Assembly (NCBI GenBank): GCA_016872515.1
Contig: VGZR01000003.1
Span: forward strand, 20,655-84,654
Reading direction: 5' to 3'
Source of the DNA: SAR202 cluster bacterium
GTDB lineage: Bacteria; Chloroflexota; Dehalococcoidia; Lucifugimonadales; VGZR01
DNA: 64,000 nucleotides
The stretch's first letter is position 1; each line of letters opens with the position of its first letter. A program made the position numbers and the translations under genes. The notes beneath the pieces are model-generated. The model worked only from the letters and a program-made list of their open reading frames with translations. It was not told the origin of the DNA and searched no databases. This document shows positions 19,818 through 29,099 of the stretch, piece by piece.

Positions 19818-20380
19818 CGCGGGGCAGTGGCGCGGGCGCGGCGGGCGGGGCAGGGCAGCCGGAGCGGCTGGTGAGCAGCAAGCGGATGTTCGAGGGCAGA
19901 CTCGTCCAGGTGCATGTTGACACGGTGGCGCTGCCGGACGGGCGGCTGGCGACGCGGGAGGTGGTGGACCACAAGCCCGCGGTGGTCATCATCCCCTTCG
20001 ACGACGAGGGCAACGTGGTCCTGGTGCGGCAGTACCGGCACGCGGTGGGCAAGGCGCTGCTGGAGGCGCCGGCGGGCGGCATCGAGCCTGAGGAAGACCC
20101 GGACGCGTGTGCCCAGCGGGAGCTGCAAGAAGAAACGGGGTTCCACGCCGGAGAGCTGCGGAAGCTGGGGTCGTTCTGGACCGCGCCGGGCGTGTTCACA
20201 GAGTATATGCACGCCTATTTGGCGCGGCGGCTCCGGCGGAGCAAGCTGGAGGCCGACCCGGACGAGGTCATCGCCGTTGAGCGAGTGCCCGTGTCGCGGC
20301 TGGAGGGTTTGGTCCGCGACGGTGCCATCCAGGACGCGAAGACCATCGCGGCGCTGTACATGGCGTTGCATGTGAAGTAA
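19814..20380 (+). CDS. Nudix hydrolase (ADP-ribose pyrophosphatase-like)
   Basis: Nudix box GGIEPEEDPDACAQRELQEETG, QYR, IQDAKT. Start at ATG 19814, overlapping the nadK stop. Confidence 0.88.
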   Translation: MTRGSGAGAAGGAGQPERLVSSKRMFEGRLVQVHVDTVALPDGRLATREVVDHKPAVVIIPFDDEGNVVLVRQYRHAVGKALLEAPAGGIEPEEDPDACAQRELQEETGFHAGELRKLGSFWTAPGVFTEYMHAYLARRLRRSKLEADPDEVIAVERVPVSRLEGLVRDGAIQDAKTIAALYMALHVK

Positions 20381-20454
20381 CGACACCAACTACTGACGTG
20401 GGACTGGGCAAAAGTAACGTGCTCGAATTGCTTCCCGTGATCTCTATTGTGTCA

Positions 20455-21402
20455 TTAGCGTTGTGACGCCTTGGCGATGGCGCGCATGGTGGCCTCGGCG
20501 GAGGCCTGGTGGTCGGGGCCGGTGGTGATGACGGTGGCGATGATTTCGTCGGCGCCGCGCGCGATGACGCGGCGGAGCTTGTCCACAACCTGGACCTCAT
20601 CACCGTAGATGGCGACAGCGTTCACCAAGGCGTCGGTCCAGCCGGTGTGGCTGGAGTTGGGGAAGCCTGCTTCGGCGAACATGAGCTCGTAGAAGACGGT
20701 CTTTGGGAAATAGCCGAGCCGCTCGCGGACGCCATCGCGGACGGCTGCGGCGTCGGTGCTGACGCAGACGGGTATGTGGACGGCGAGAGGCGGAGCTGCG
20801 TGGCCAGCGCGTTTGGCGCCGGCCTGGAGGGCGGGGAGGGCCGCCTTGAAGACGTAGTCGAGGGGGCAGACCCAGGTGATGGCGCCGGCGCCGAGCGCGC
20901 CACAGAGGTCGAAAGACTTGGGCCGCAGCGCTGAGGCGAGGACAGGCACGTCCACGGGCGACGCCAGCCTGGTGTGGGCCTTGTAGTGCTTCCCGTCGAA
21001 GTCCACCTCCCCTGTGTGGAGGAGGGCCTGCAGCACGGCGATGTACTCGCGCAGGTGGCCGAGCGGCTCGCGGAAGTCGGCGCCGAGGGCGCGTTCCATC
21101 CCTTGCTTGTGGGACGGGCCGGCGCCCAGGCGGAAGCGGCCGGGGGCGAGGTTTGCGGCGACCTGGGCCTGCTGGGCCAGCGTCACGGGGTGGCGCGACC
21201 AGATGGGGACGATGGAGGTGCCGAGAAGCACTTTCTGCGTCTGGGCCGCAGCGGCGGTGAGGATGGCGAGGGAGTCGCCCGCGAGGCCGCCGGAGGTCAT
21301 CCAGACCGCGGGGACGCCGAGCGCCTCGGCGTGCTTGATTTGCGCGACGATCTCGGGGGCGGTCTTGCCGCTGATGGCGATGCCGATGGTGCCTTTGACC
21401 AT
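20455..21402 (-). CDS. LLM-class (luciferase-like) flavin/F420-dependent oxidoreductase
   Basis: LGTSIVPIWSRHP..LAQQA, GRFRLGAG.SH. Start at ATG 21402 after GGAGG. Confidence 0.88.
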   Translation of the reverse strand: MVKGTIGIAISGKTAPEIVAQIKHAEALGVPAVWMTSGGLAGDSLAILTAAAAQTQKVLLGTSIVPIWSRHPVTLAQQAQVAANLAPGRFRLGAGPSHKQGMERALGADFREPLGHLREYIAVLQALLHTGEVDFDGKHYKAHTRLASPVDVPVLASALRPKSFDLCGALGAGAITWVCPLDYVFKAALPALQAGAKRAGHAAPPLAVHIPVCVSTDAAAVRDGVRERLGYFPKTVFYELMFAEAGFPNSSHTGWTDALVNAVAIYGDEVQVVDKLRRVIARGADEIIATVITTGPDHQASAEATMRAIAKASQR

Positions 21403-21463
21403 GTCTTCCCGAACCTCCGCGCCAGTATAGAGCATCAGTGGGGATGTGGAGGGGGGACCCCCA

Positions 21464-21527
21464 CCCCTCCCCCATGTCTGGGGGAGGGCCTACCGCCCCG
21501 ATCGCATCGGGGTGGTAGAGGTGAAGG
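21464..21527 (+). repeat. Palindromic REP-like repeat with internal hairpin (family A)
   Basis: CCCCTCCCCC-N6-GGGGGAGGG, then hairpin CTACCGCCCCGAT-cgc-ATCGGGGTGGTAG, then AGGTGAAGG. Confidence 0.6.
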
Positions 21528-21673
21528 TAGGGCCTCGGCGCAGCCAACGCTTGTCAGACCAGGGTCCGGTCACCTGGGCCTCGAGGCCACACCGAGGCCC
21601 AGGTGCTTCCCCTAGGTGTTTGTAGGGAGGGATGGGGGGTGGTACACTCTCGCTACTCTGGGGGTATGGTGGG

Positions 21674-22561
21674 ATGGACTGGCTGACTTTTCACAAGAAG
21701 CCGGAGCGGAGGTTCCGCACGATGGTGGCGGCCTTCGCGGGTTGGCCGGACGCCGCTGAGGCCTCCACGCGGGCGGTGCAGTACCTGGTGAACAAGCTGC
21801 CCGCGCGGAAGCTCGCCGACATAGACCCTGAGGAGTTCTACGACTTCAACACCGTCCGGCCGCTCACCAAGGTCAACAGCCGGGGCGAGCGCACCATCCG
21901 CTGGCCGGAGAACGCGTTCTTCTACTCGGTGTCGGAACCGGACGAGCCGGGGGCCATCCTGTTTGTGGGGATAGAGCCGAACCACAGGTGGCGGGCGTTC
22001 ACGCAGTTGGTGCTGGGCGTGGCGGAGGAGTTCGGCGTGGAAACGGTGGTGACGCTCGGTTCGCTGCTGGACGCGGTGCCGCACACGAGGGACGTGAAGG
22101 TCACGGGGGTAGCGACGACACAGCCGTACCGGGATGAGTTGACGGGCTTGGGGATGCGCGACTCAGGCTATCAAGGCCCTTCGGCGATCCACACGGCGCT
22201 GCTCGATGCATGCGCGACCAAGGGGATCCCCTACGTCAGCCTCTGGGGTCACGGGCCACATTATGTGAACATCACGCCCAACCCAGTGGTGAGCCGCGCG
22301 CTGCTGAGCCGCTTGGAGCAGGTGACTGGCATCAAGGCGGACATGGGTGAACTCGCGGAGTCGGCGGAGGAGTTCGCGGCGCAGGTCTCCAAGGCGTTCG
22401 CCGACATGCCGAACATCGTGGAATACGTGCAGCGGCTGGAGCGGCAGTACGACGAGGCGCAGTTGGCTGCGGAGATGCCCAGCCCGGAGAAGATGGTGGC
22501 GGACGCTGAAGAGTTCCTGAAGAGTCACCGGCGCCAGCAGGGCAGCGGCGAGAACGCTTGA
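21674..22561 (+). CDS. PAC2 family (proteasome assembly chaperone-like) protein
   Basis: AFAGWPDA, DPEEFYDF..RP, GIEP..W, PHTR, YQGP, YVQRLE. Confidence 0.88.
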   Translation: MDWLTFHKKPERRFRTMVAAFAGWPDAAEASTRAVQYLVNKLPARKLADIDPEEFYDFNTVRPLTKVNSRGERTIRWPENAFFYSVSEPDEPGAILFVGIEPNHRWRAFTQLVLGVAEEFGVETVVTLGSLLDAVPHTRDVKVTGVATTQPYRDELTGLGMRDSGYQGPSAIHTALLDACATKGIPYVSLWGHGPHYVNITPNPVVSRALLSRLEQVTGIKADMGELAESAEEFAAQVSKAFADMPNIVEYVQRLERQYDEAQLAAEMPSPEKMVADAEEFLKSHRRQQGSGENA

Positions 22562-22576
22562 GCAGGGGGTGAGGCA

Positions 22577-22930
22577 GTGCCTGCGTACATCCAACTACTA
22601 AGGCTGTCCACGGAGGGTCGAGGAAGGGCGCTGCAGGACCCGGACTTCCTGTTCCGCACGCAAGCGGCCATCGAAGTGCCGGGCATCGAGGTGCTGGGGA
22701 TCTACGGGGTGTTGGGCGAGTACGATTTCGTGAACATCGTGGAGGGTCCGGACAACTACACTGTGGCGCGCTATTCGATGGAAATGGCGGTGAAGGTTGG
22801 GGCCCACATCACGACGTTGCCGGCGATACCCATCGCCCGGCTGCATCCGACCGATGACGGCAACCCATCCGAGGTAGAGGTGGGCAGGGCGCTGGACCCT
22901 GACGCGATACCGGACAGAGAGAACCTTTAG
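22577..22930 (+). CDS. GYD domain protein
   Basis: Y.VLGEYDFV.IVE motif, TTLPA. Confidence 0.8.
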   Translation: MPAYIQLLRLSTEGRGRALQDPDFLFRTQAAIEVPGIEVLGIYGVLGEYDFVNIVEGPDNYTVARYSMEMAVKVGAHITTLPAIPIARLHPTDDGNPSEVEVGRALDPDAIPDRENL

Positions 22931-22944
22931 GAAATCCCGCCGTC

Positions 22945-23208
22945 CTAGGCGGCGTCGGCGATGAGCACGGCGAGGAAGTAGTAGGGGATGTGCCATATGC
23001 CGCCGCGGCCCAGGTCCACCACGACCTTGCGCCCTTTCGTTTCAACGACGATGCCGCGCGCTCCGAACTTCGGGCCGCCGTCCACGCGGCCGAGGTACGT
23101 CACTTCCTGGCCAGGCTGCAGGCCGAACGTCACGGGCCGCGTCCGCAGGTAGAGCGGCTCGGGCATCCCTACCAAGGGCAGCTGCGCGGGATCCATCTTC
23201 GTTGCCAT
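22945..23208 (-). CDS. Small hypothetical protein (possible SH3/KOW-like beta-barrel)
   Basis: AAGGAG RBS before ATG 23208; dedicated promoter upstream; beta-strand-rich PGQEV..G.V..VVVD pattern. Confidence 0.6.
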   Translation of the reverse strand: MATKMDPAQLPLVGMPEPLYLRTRPVTFGLQPGQEVTYLGRVDGGPKFGARGIVVETKGRKVVVDLGRGGIWHIPYYFLAVLIADAA

Positions 23209-23260
23209 CAGACCCGCTCCTTTCACCCCCGCTTCGCTATCCCCACTCCGGCACAGAACA

Positions 23261-23290
23261 ATTTTAGAACAGCACCGGCGTTCTTGTCAA
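23261..23290 (-). promoter_or_regulatory. Sigma70 promoter with an overlapping LexA-like box
   Basis: Minus strand reads TTGACA-18 nt-TAAAAT; the spacer contains AGAAC-GCCG-GTGCT (23271-23284), one mismatch from AGAAC-N4-GTTCT. Confidence 0.55.
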
Positions 23291-23389
23291 GGCCTGGCCT
23301 AGAACGGGCCTAGGCTCTGTTATAGGATATGGCACGCTTTATGGCAGGCGCGTGGAGCGACGCCCGCTGATTGTGAAGGAGTGATGAAC

Positions 23390-24136
23390 GTGAGACTGAA
23401 GGGGAAGGTAGCTCTCATCACCGGGGCGGCCCGAGGGCAGGGCGAGGCCGAGGCGCGGATGTTCTCGCGCGAAGGGGCCAAGGTCGTGGTGAGCGATGTA
23501 CTGGAAGATGCGGGGCGCAAGGTGGCCAAGGAGATAAGCGACGGCGGGGGCGAGGCGCTGTTCGTGAAGCTGGACGTGACTAGCGAGGCTGGATGGAAGC
23601 AGGCCGTCGAGGCGACGGTGAAGCGTTTCAGCAAGCTGGATATCCTGGTGAATAACGCGGCCATCCTCTACACCGAGCCGGTGCTGGAGACGACGGTGGA
23701 GATATGGGACCGGACGATGGACATCAACTCTACAGGGGTGTTCCTTGGAACACGCGAGGTCATCCCGCACATGCGGCGGAACGGAGGCGGCTCCATCGTC
23801 AACATCGCCTCCCTTTCCGCGAACGTCGCGGGGCCCTATGCGGCGGCATACCACGCGTCGAAAGGTGCAGTACGCATCTTCACGAAGGCGGCGGCCATCC
23901 AGTATGCCAAAGAGAACATCCGCGTGAACTCGGTGCACCCGGGGCCGGTGGACACGAAGATGATTCGGGACGCCTATGCGGAGTCGTGGCTGAAGCGGAT
24001 CGACACGCAGAGCCCGATGGGACGCATGGCCAGCTCAGACGAGATCGCGTACTGCGTGCTGTTCCTGGCCTCGGACGAGGCCTCGTACGTGACAGGCGTG
24101 GAGCTTATCGTGGACGGCGGCTGGGGCGCTCAATAG
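23390..24136 (+). CDS. Short-chain dehydrogenase/reductase
   Basis: TGAARGQG, NNAA, YHASK, VDGG. Start is 23390 (GTG) or 23381/23384. Confidence 0.92.
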   Translation: MRLKGKVALITGAARGQGEAEARMFSREGAKVVVSDVLEDAGRKVAKEISDGGGEALFVKLDVTSEAGWKQAVEATVKRFSKLDILVNNAAILYTEPVLETTVEIWDRTMDINSTGVFLGTREVIPHMRRNGGGSIVNIASLSANVAGPYAAAYHASKGAVRIFTKAAAIQYAKENIRVNSVHPGPVDTKMIRDAYAESWLKRIDTQSPMGRMASSDEIAYCVLFLASDEASYVTGVELIVDGGWGAQ

Positions 24137-24226
24137 GGTAGGGTGCAACCCTGCACCCAAACAGGGTCACCGGGATATGGGATTGTCAGGGGTTCTTGCA
24201 TCACCAAGCTAAGTGAGTTGTAAGGA

Positions 24227-24778
24227 GTGCAGACGGGGAAAGTGGATGCAGTGAGGCCTATTGCGAGCCGGCCGCGCATGACGCCGGGCTATGGCGTTCA
24301 TCGCGGCGAGGTCGGACTGCTTGACTGGGACGCGGTGCGGGAGCGCCTGGCGAAGGCGCGCAACTACTGGGTAGCGACAACACGGTCCGATGGCGGGCCT
24401 CACGTGGTGCCTGTGTGGGGACTCTGGCTGGAAAAGGCGTTCTACTTCTCGACGGACTCGGCGTCGCGGAAGGGGCGCAACCTGGCCGTCGACCCGCGGG
24501 TGGTGATGCACCTGGAGAGCGGTGACGAGGTGACGATCCTCGAAGGGAGGGCCGAGAGGGTCGCGGAGGCGTCTGTGCTGGGCCGGTTCGCGGATGCGTA
24601 TGAGGCGAAGTACAAGTTCCGGCCCGAGGTGAGCAGCGCGGCATCGTCGGTGTATCGCGTCCGGCACGAGGCGGCGTTGGCCTGGGAAGAGAAGGACTTC
24701 CCGAGGACGGCTACGCGCTGGTCTTTCGCATCAGGGCTCGCCCTGGACCCGAAGAGGGTCGCCAAGAAATCACACTGA
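24227..24778 (+). CDS. Pyridoxamine 5'-phosphate oxidase-like (PPOX/FDOR) protein
   Basis: YWVATTRSDGGPHVVPVW, SRKGRNL..DPRV. Start uncertain. Confidence 0.82.
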   Translation: MQTGKVDAVRPIASRPRMTPGYGVHRGEVGLLDWDAVRERLAKARNYWVATTRSDGGPHVVPVWGLWLEKAFYFSTDSASRKGRNLAVDPRVVMHLESGDEVTILEGRAERVAEASVLGRFADAYEAKYKFRPEVSSAASSVYRVRHEAALAWEEKDFPRTATRWSFASGLALDPKRVAKKSH

Positions 24779-24835
24779 GAAGTAAGCTTTGACGCCAGGT
24801 AGAGTTACTGGCGACCTAGAGGTGAAAGAGGACTG

Positions 24836-25585
24836 ATGAGACTCAAGGATAAAGTGGCGTTCATCAGTGGGTCGGCGCGGGGTATGGGCGCAGTGGAGGC
24901 GCGGCTGTTCGCGGAGGAGGGCGCGGCGGTGATGGTGAGCGATGTGAACGTGGAGAGCGGGAAGAGGGTGGCGGCGGAGATCGCGAAGGCGGGCGGCAAG
25001 GCGGACTTCGTGGAGCTCGACGTGACGAACGAGGGGGAGTGGAAGGCGGCGATAGGGGAGACGGAGAGGCGGTTCGGGAGGGTGGACATCCTGGTGAACA
25101 ACGCGGGCATCTTCGTAGCGACGGTTATCGAGAAGACGCCGGAGGAGGAGTGGGACCGGCTCATGGACATCAACGGGAAAGGCGTGTTCCTGGGGACGAA
25201 GCACGCCATCCCGGCGATGCGGCGGGCCGGTGGCGGCGCCATCGTGAACATCTCTTCCGGTGCGGGCATCGTTGGCAACAAGATGGAGGGCGCTTACACG
25301 GCGACGAAGGGCGCGGTGCGGCTGTTCACCAAGAGCGCGGCGCTGCAGGGCGCCAAGGACGGCATACGGGTGAACTCGGTCCATCCCGGCACGATAGACA
25401 CGGAGATGGTGGCTTCTCTGCTGGCCGATAAGGAGTACCACAGGTGGGTCAAGACGATGATTCCTTTGGGTAGAGTGGGCAAGGCCGAAGAGGTGGCGAA
25501 ACTGGTGCTGTTCCTGGCCTCGGATGATGCGTCGTACACCACAGGAGCGGAGTTCGTCATCGACGGGGGCTACACCGCAGGCTGA
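24836..25585 (+). CDS. Short-chain dehydrogenase/reductase
   Basis: SGSARGMG, NNAG, YTATK. Confidence 0.93.
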   Translation: MRLKDKVAFISGSARGMGAVEARLFAEEGAAVMVSDVNVESGKRVAAEIAKAGGKADFVELDVTNEGEWKAAIGETERRFGRVDILVNNAGIFVATVIEKTPEEEWDRLMDINGKGVFLGTKHAIPAMRRAGGGAIVNISSGAGIVGNKMEGAYTATKGAVRLFTKSAALQGAKDGIRVNSVHPGTIDTEMVASLLADKEYHRWVKTMIPLGRVGKAEEVAKLVLFLASDDASYTTGAEFVIDGGYTAG

Positions 25586-25635
25586 ACCCTTCGTGGGTAG
25601 TGGCCGGATCCGGCGGTGAATGGAGGGAAGAGACC

Positions 25636-26385
25636 ATGAGACTCAAAGATAAGGTGGCACTGATCACGGGTGGCGCGCGCGGCATGGGCGCGGCGGAGGC
25701 GCGGCTGTTTGCGAAGGAGGGCGCGGCGGTGATGTTGAGCGACGTGAACGTGGAGGGTGGGAAGAAAGTGGTGGCGGAGATCACGAAGAAGGGTGGCAAG
25801 GCGGCGTTTATCAAGCAGGACGTGACACGCGAGGAGGAGTGGAAGGCGGCCATCGCCGAGACCGAGAGGCGGTTCGGGCGGCTGGATATCTTGATTAACA
25901 ACGCAGGCATCTTCGTCACGACGGTCATCGAGAAGACGCCGGAGGAGGAGTGGGACCGGCTGATGGACATCAATGGGAAGGGTGTGTTCTTCGGGGTCAA
26001 GCACGCCATACCGGCGATACGGCGGGCTGGCGGCGGGTCCATCGTGAATATCTCGTCCACCGCGGGCATCGTAGGCAATACCCTGGAGGGGGCGTACACG
26101 GCGACGAAGGGTGCGGTGCGTTTGTTCACGAAGGGTGCTGCGCTGCAAGGGGCCAAGGATGGCATCCGGGTGAACTCGGTCCACCCGGGCGCGATAGACA
26201 CGGAGATGGTGGCTTTCCTCGTGGATGACAAGAAGCACCGGAAGGAGCTCGAAGCGCGCATCCCCCTTGGCAGGCTGGGCACCGCCGAGGAGGTGGCGAA
26301 GGTCGTACTGTTCCTGGCTTCGGACGATGCAGCGTATGTCACAGGCGCGGAGTTCGTCGTGGATGGGGGTTACACGGCGCAGTAG
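25636..26385 (+). CDS. Short-chain dehydrogenase/reductase (close paralog)
   Basis: TGGARGMG, NNAG, YTATK; start MRLKDK at 25636. Confidence 0.93.
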   Translation: MRLKDKVALITGGARGMGAAEARLFAKEGAAVMLSDVNVEGGKKVVAEITKKGGKAAFIKQDVTREEEWKAAIAETERRFGRLDILINNAGIFVTTVIEKTPEEEWDRLMDINGKGVFFGVKHAIPAIRRAGGGSIVNISSTAGIVGNTLEGAYTATKGAVRLFTKGAALQGAKDGIRVNSVHPGAIDTEMVAFLVDDKKHRKELEARIPLGRLGTAEEVAKVVLFLASDDAAYVTGAEFVVDGGYTAQ

Positions 26386-26435
26386 GTCCGGCGCAGCCGG
26401 GACGCCTCACGAGTTTACCAACGAGAGAAACTACT

Positions 26436-27314
26436 ATGGCAAAGCTCGCCTTCGTTGATACGCATATCCACTTCTGGGACCTCTCGCACCCAGACCTCTA
26501 CTACGCCTGGCTACAACCTAATACCGATCATCCTCACCTGGGGAAACGCGTCGCAGAACTCAGCAGCAAGGATTACCAGGCGGAAGACTATGTCAGAGAG
26601 ACGCACAAGTCCAACGTCGTAGCCGCGATACACGTTCAAGCCGCTTTGGGCATCAAGGACCCGGTGAAGGAGACGCAGTGGCTGCAGGAAGCGGCCGACC
26701 GGACCGGGTGCCCCAAGGGCATCGTGGCCTACGCCAATCTAAAGGACCCCCGGGTCGAAGAGGTGCTGGAGCGTCACTGCCGATACTCCAACATGCGGGG
26801 TATCCGGGACTTTTCAGAGGGTGACTATCTGGTGGACCGGGCCTTTCACCGCGGCTATGCCCTACTGGAAAAGTTCCGCCTGGCCAGCAGCATGGATGTG
26901 AAGTGGGAGAACATGCATAAAGCGCGGGACCTGGCCCGTAAGTTCCCCCGCACTGCCATGGTGCTCGACCACTGCGGGCTTCCGGTGGCACGCACGAAGG
27001 AGTACTTCGAGGCCTGGAAGAAGGGCATCGCCACCTTGGCACAAGCTGAAAATGTAGTCTGTAAGATCTCGGGGCTGGGGATATATGACCAGAACTGGAC
27101 CGTTGAGAGCATACGTCCGTGGGTGCTGTCGTGCGTCGAGACCTTCGGGCCCAAGCGGTGCATCTTTGCTACCAATTGGCCGGTGGACAAGCTGTTCAGC
27201 ACGTACGACGCGTTGATAGACGCCTATGCACGGATAATCGCTGACTTCACCCCAGATGAGAAAATGGACATGTTCTCCAGGAACGCGCTGAGTTTGTACC
27301 GGATCAAGGCCTAA
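26436..27314 (+). CDS. Amidohydrolase-2 family protein (sugar-lactonase-like)
   Basis: DTHIHFWD, GIR, VLDHCG.P, NVVCKISG, FATNWPV. Confidence 0.85.
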   Translation: MAKLAFVDTHIHFWDLSHPDLYYAWLQPNTDHPHLGKRVAELSSKDYQAEDYVRETHKSNVVAAIHVQAALGIKDPVKETQWLQEAADRTGCPKGIVAYANLKDPRVEEVLERHCRYSNMRGIRDFSEGDYLVDRAFHRGYALLEKFRLASSMDVKWENMHKARDLARKFPRTAMVLDHCGLPVARTKEYFEAWKKGIATLAQAENVVCKISGLGIYDQNWTVESIRPWVLSCVETFGPKRCIFATNWPVDKLFSTYDALIDAYARIIADFTPDEKMDMFSRNALSLYRIKA

Positions 27315-27333
27315 GCGAGGCCAAAGGAGTGCT

Positions 27334-28080
27334 ATGAGACTCAAGGACAAGGTGGCATTGATTACCGGCGGCGCGGGCGGCATGGGCGCGGCGGAGGCGC
27401 GGCTGTTCGCTCAGGAAGGCGCGGCGGTGATGGTAAGCGACGTGAACGTGGAGGGCGGGAAGAAGGTGGTGGCGGAAATCGCGAAGAAGGGTGGCAAGGC
27501 GGCCTTTGTGGAGCACGATGTTACGAGCGAGGCGGAGTGGAAGGCGGCCATCGCCGAGACGGAGAGGCGGTTCGGGCGGCTTGAAATCTTGGTGAACAAC
27601 GCGGGTATCTTCGTTACGAGCATCATCGAGAAGACACCGGAGGAGGAGTGGGACCGGCTGATGGACATCAACGGGAAGGGTGTGTTCTTCGGGGTCAAGC
27701 ACGCCATCCCGGCGATGCGGCGGGTTGGAGGTGGGTCCATCGTGAACATCTCGTCCACGGCTGGCATCGTAGGCAGCACCCTGGAGGGGGCGTACACGGC
27801 GACCAAGGGCGCGGTGCGGCTGTTCACTAAGAGTGCTGCGTTGCAGGGGGCGAAGGACGGCATCCGGGTGAACTCGGTCCACCCCGGCGTGATAGACACG
27901 GAGATGCTGGCACCATTATTGACCGACAAGTTCCGGAAGTTCCTCCTGCAGCGCGTCCCTCTTGGCAGGCTGGGCACTGCCGAGGAGGTGGCGAAGGTGG
28001 TGCTGTTCCTGGCGTCGGACGATGCGTCGTACGTCACCGGCGCAGAGTTCGTCGTGGATGGGGGCGACATGGCGAAATAG
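27334..28080 (+). CDS. Short-chain dehydrogenase/reductase (close paralog)
   Basis: TGGAGGMG, NNAG, YTATK. Confidence 0.93.
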   Translation: MRLKDKVALITGGAGGMGAAEARLFAQEGAAVMVSDVNVEGGKKVVAEIAKKGGKAAFVEHDVTSEAEWKAAIAETERRFGRLEILVNNAGIFVTSIIEKTPEEEWDRLMDINGKGVFFGVKHAIPAMRRVGGGSIVNISSTAGIVGSTLEGAYTATKGAVRLFTKSAALQGAKDGIRVNSVHPGVIDTEMLAPLLTDKFRKFLLQRVPLGRLGTAEEVAKVVLFLASDDASYVTGAEFVVDGGDMAK

Positions 28081-28086
28081 GCAGGG

Positions 28087-28200
28087 CCCTTTGACAAGCT
28101 CAGGGCCAACGAATCTGAGCACGGGATGTTATGGGGTGAGACTCTGCAAGTAGCACAGAGCATCACCCCCACCTTAGTCCTCCCCCTCAAGGGGGAGGAG
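28087..28200. repeat. Intergenic REP-like palindromes
   Basis: CCCTTTGACAAGCTCAGGG (28087-28105) and family B unit CACCCCCACCTTAGTCCTCCCCCTCAAGGGGGAGGAG (about 28164-28200). Confidence 0.55.
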
Positions 28201-28282
28201 AATATGAAAGCAGTGGCCTTCTGAATAGAGCACAGCTTATTGTGCGGAGTCACTGGATGACCAGGGGTTGCTGGAGGCGTGG

Positions 28283-29032
28283 GTGAGGCTTAAGGATAAG
28301 GTGGCGTTGATCACCGGCGGCGCGCGTGGGATGGGCGCGGCGGAGGCGCGGCTGTTTGCCTGCGAGGGGGCCTGTGTGGTGGTCGCCGACGTGGTCGTGG
28401 AGCAGGGCGTCATCGTCGCCGACCATATCCGCGCGAAAGGCGGCAAGGCGTCCTTCGTGAAGCTGGACGTGACGAGCGAGAAGGACTGGGAGACGGCGGT
28501 GGAAGGTGCTGTCCGGAGCTATGGCAAGCTGAATGTGCTGGTGAACAACGCGGGCATCTACCGCACCGACCCATTGGAGCGCACGACGCTGCGGGAGTGG
28601 GACGAGGTGATGCGGATCAATATCACCGGAGCGTTCCTGGGCATCAAGCATGTCATCCCCGCGATGCGGCGAGCAAAGGGAGGCGCCATCGTCAACGTGT
28701 CGTCCACGACGGCGTTGGTCGCCAGCGGAAGGGGGAGCGCGTACGGGGCGTCGAAGGCCGCGCTGCTATCGCTGACCCGGCACGCCGCTGTGCAGCATGC
28801 TGCGGATGGCATCCGCGTCAATGCGCTGGTGCCAGGACCGGTGGACACGGAGATGATCGCCGCGAACATCCGGACGCCGGAGGGCAGGGCCGCCTCCATC
28901 GCACGCATACCCATGGGCCGGATCGCGTCGGCGGACGAACTGGCGTATGGGGCGCTGTTCCTGGCCTCCGACGAGTCGTCCTATATGACGGGCGCTCAAC
29001 TCGTCGTGGACGGAGGGCTGACGGCGCAGTAG
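28283..29032 (+). CDS. Short-chain dehydrogenase/reductase
   Basis: TGGARGMG, NNAG, YGASK; GTG start at 28283 after GGAGG. Confidence 0.92.
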   Translation: MRLKDKVALITGGARGMGAAEARLFACEGACVVVADVVVEQGVIVADHIRAKGGKASFVKLDVTSEKDWETAVEGAVRSYGKLNVLVNNAGIYRTDPLERTTLREWDEVMRINITGAFLGIKHVIPAMRRAKGGAIVNVSSTTALVASGRGSAYGASKAALLSLTRHAAVQHAADGIRVNALVPGPVDTEMIAANIRTPEGRAASIARIPMGRIASADELAYGALFLASDESSYMTGAQLVVDGGLTAQ

Positions 29033-29099
29033 GGCCCTACCCTTCCCCCGCGACTTCGCCAGGGCCCTCCCCCAAAAATGGGGAGGGAGCATACCAACC

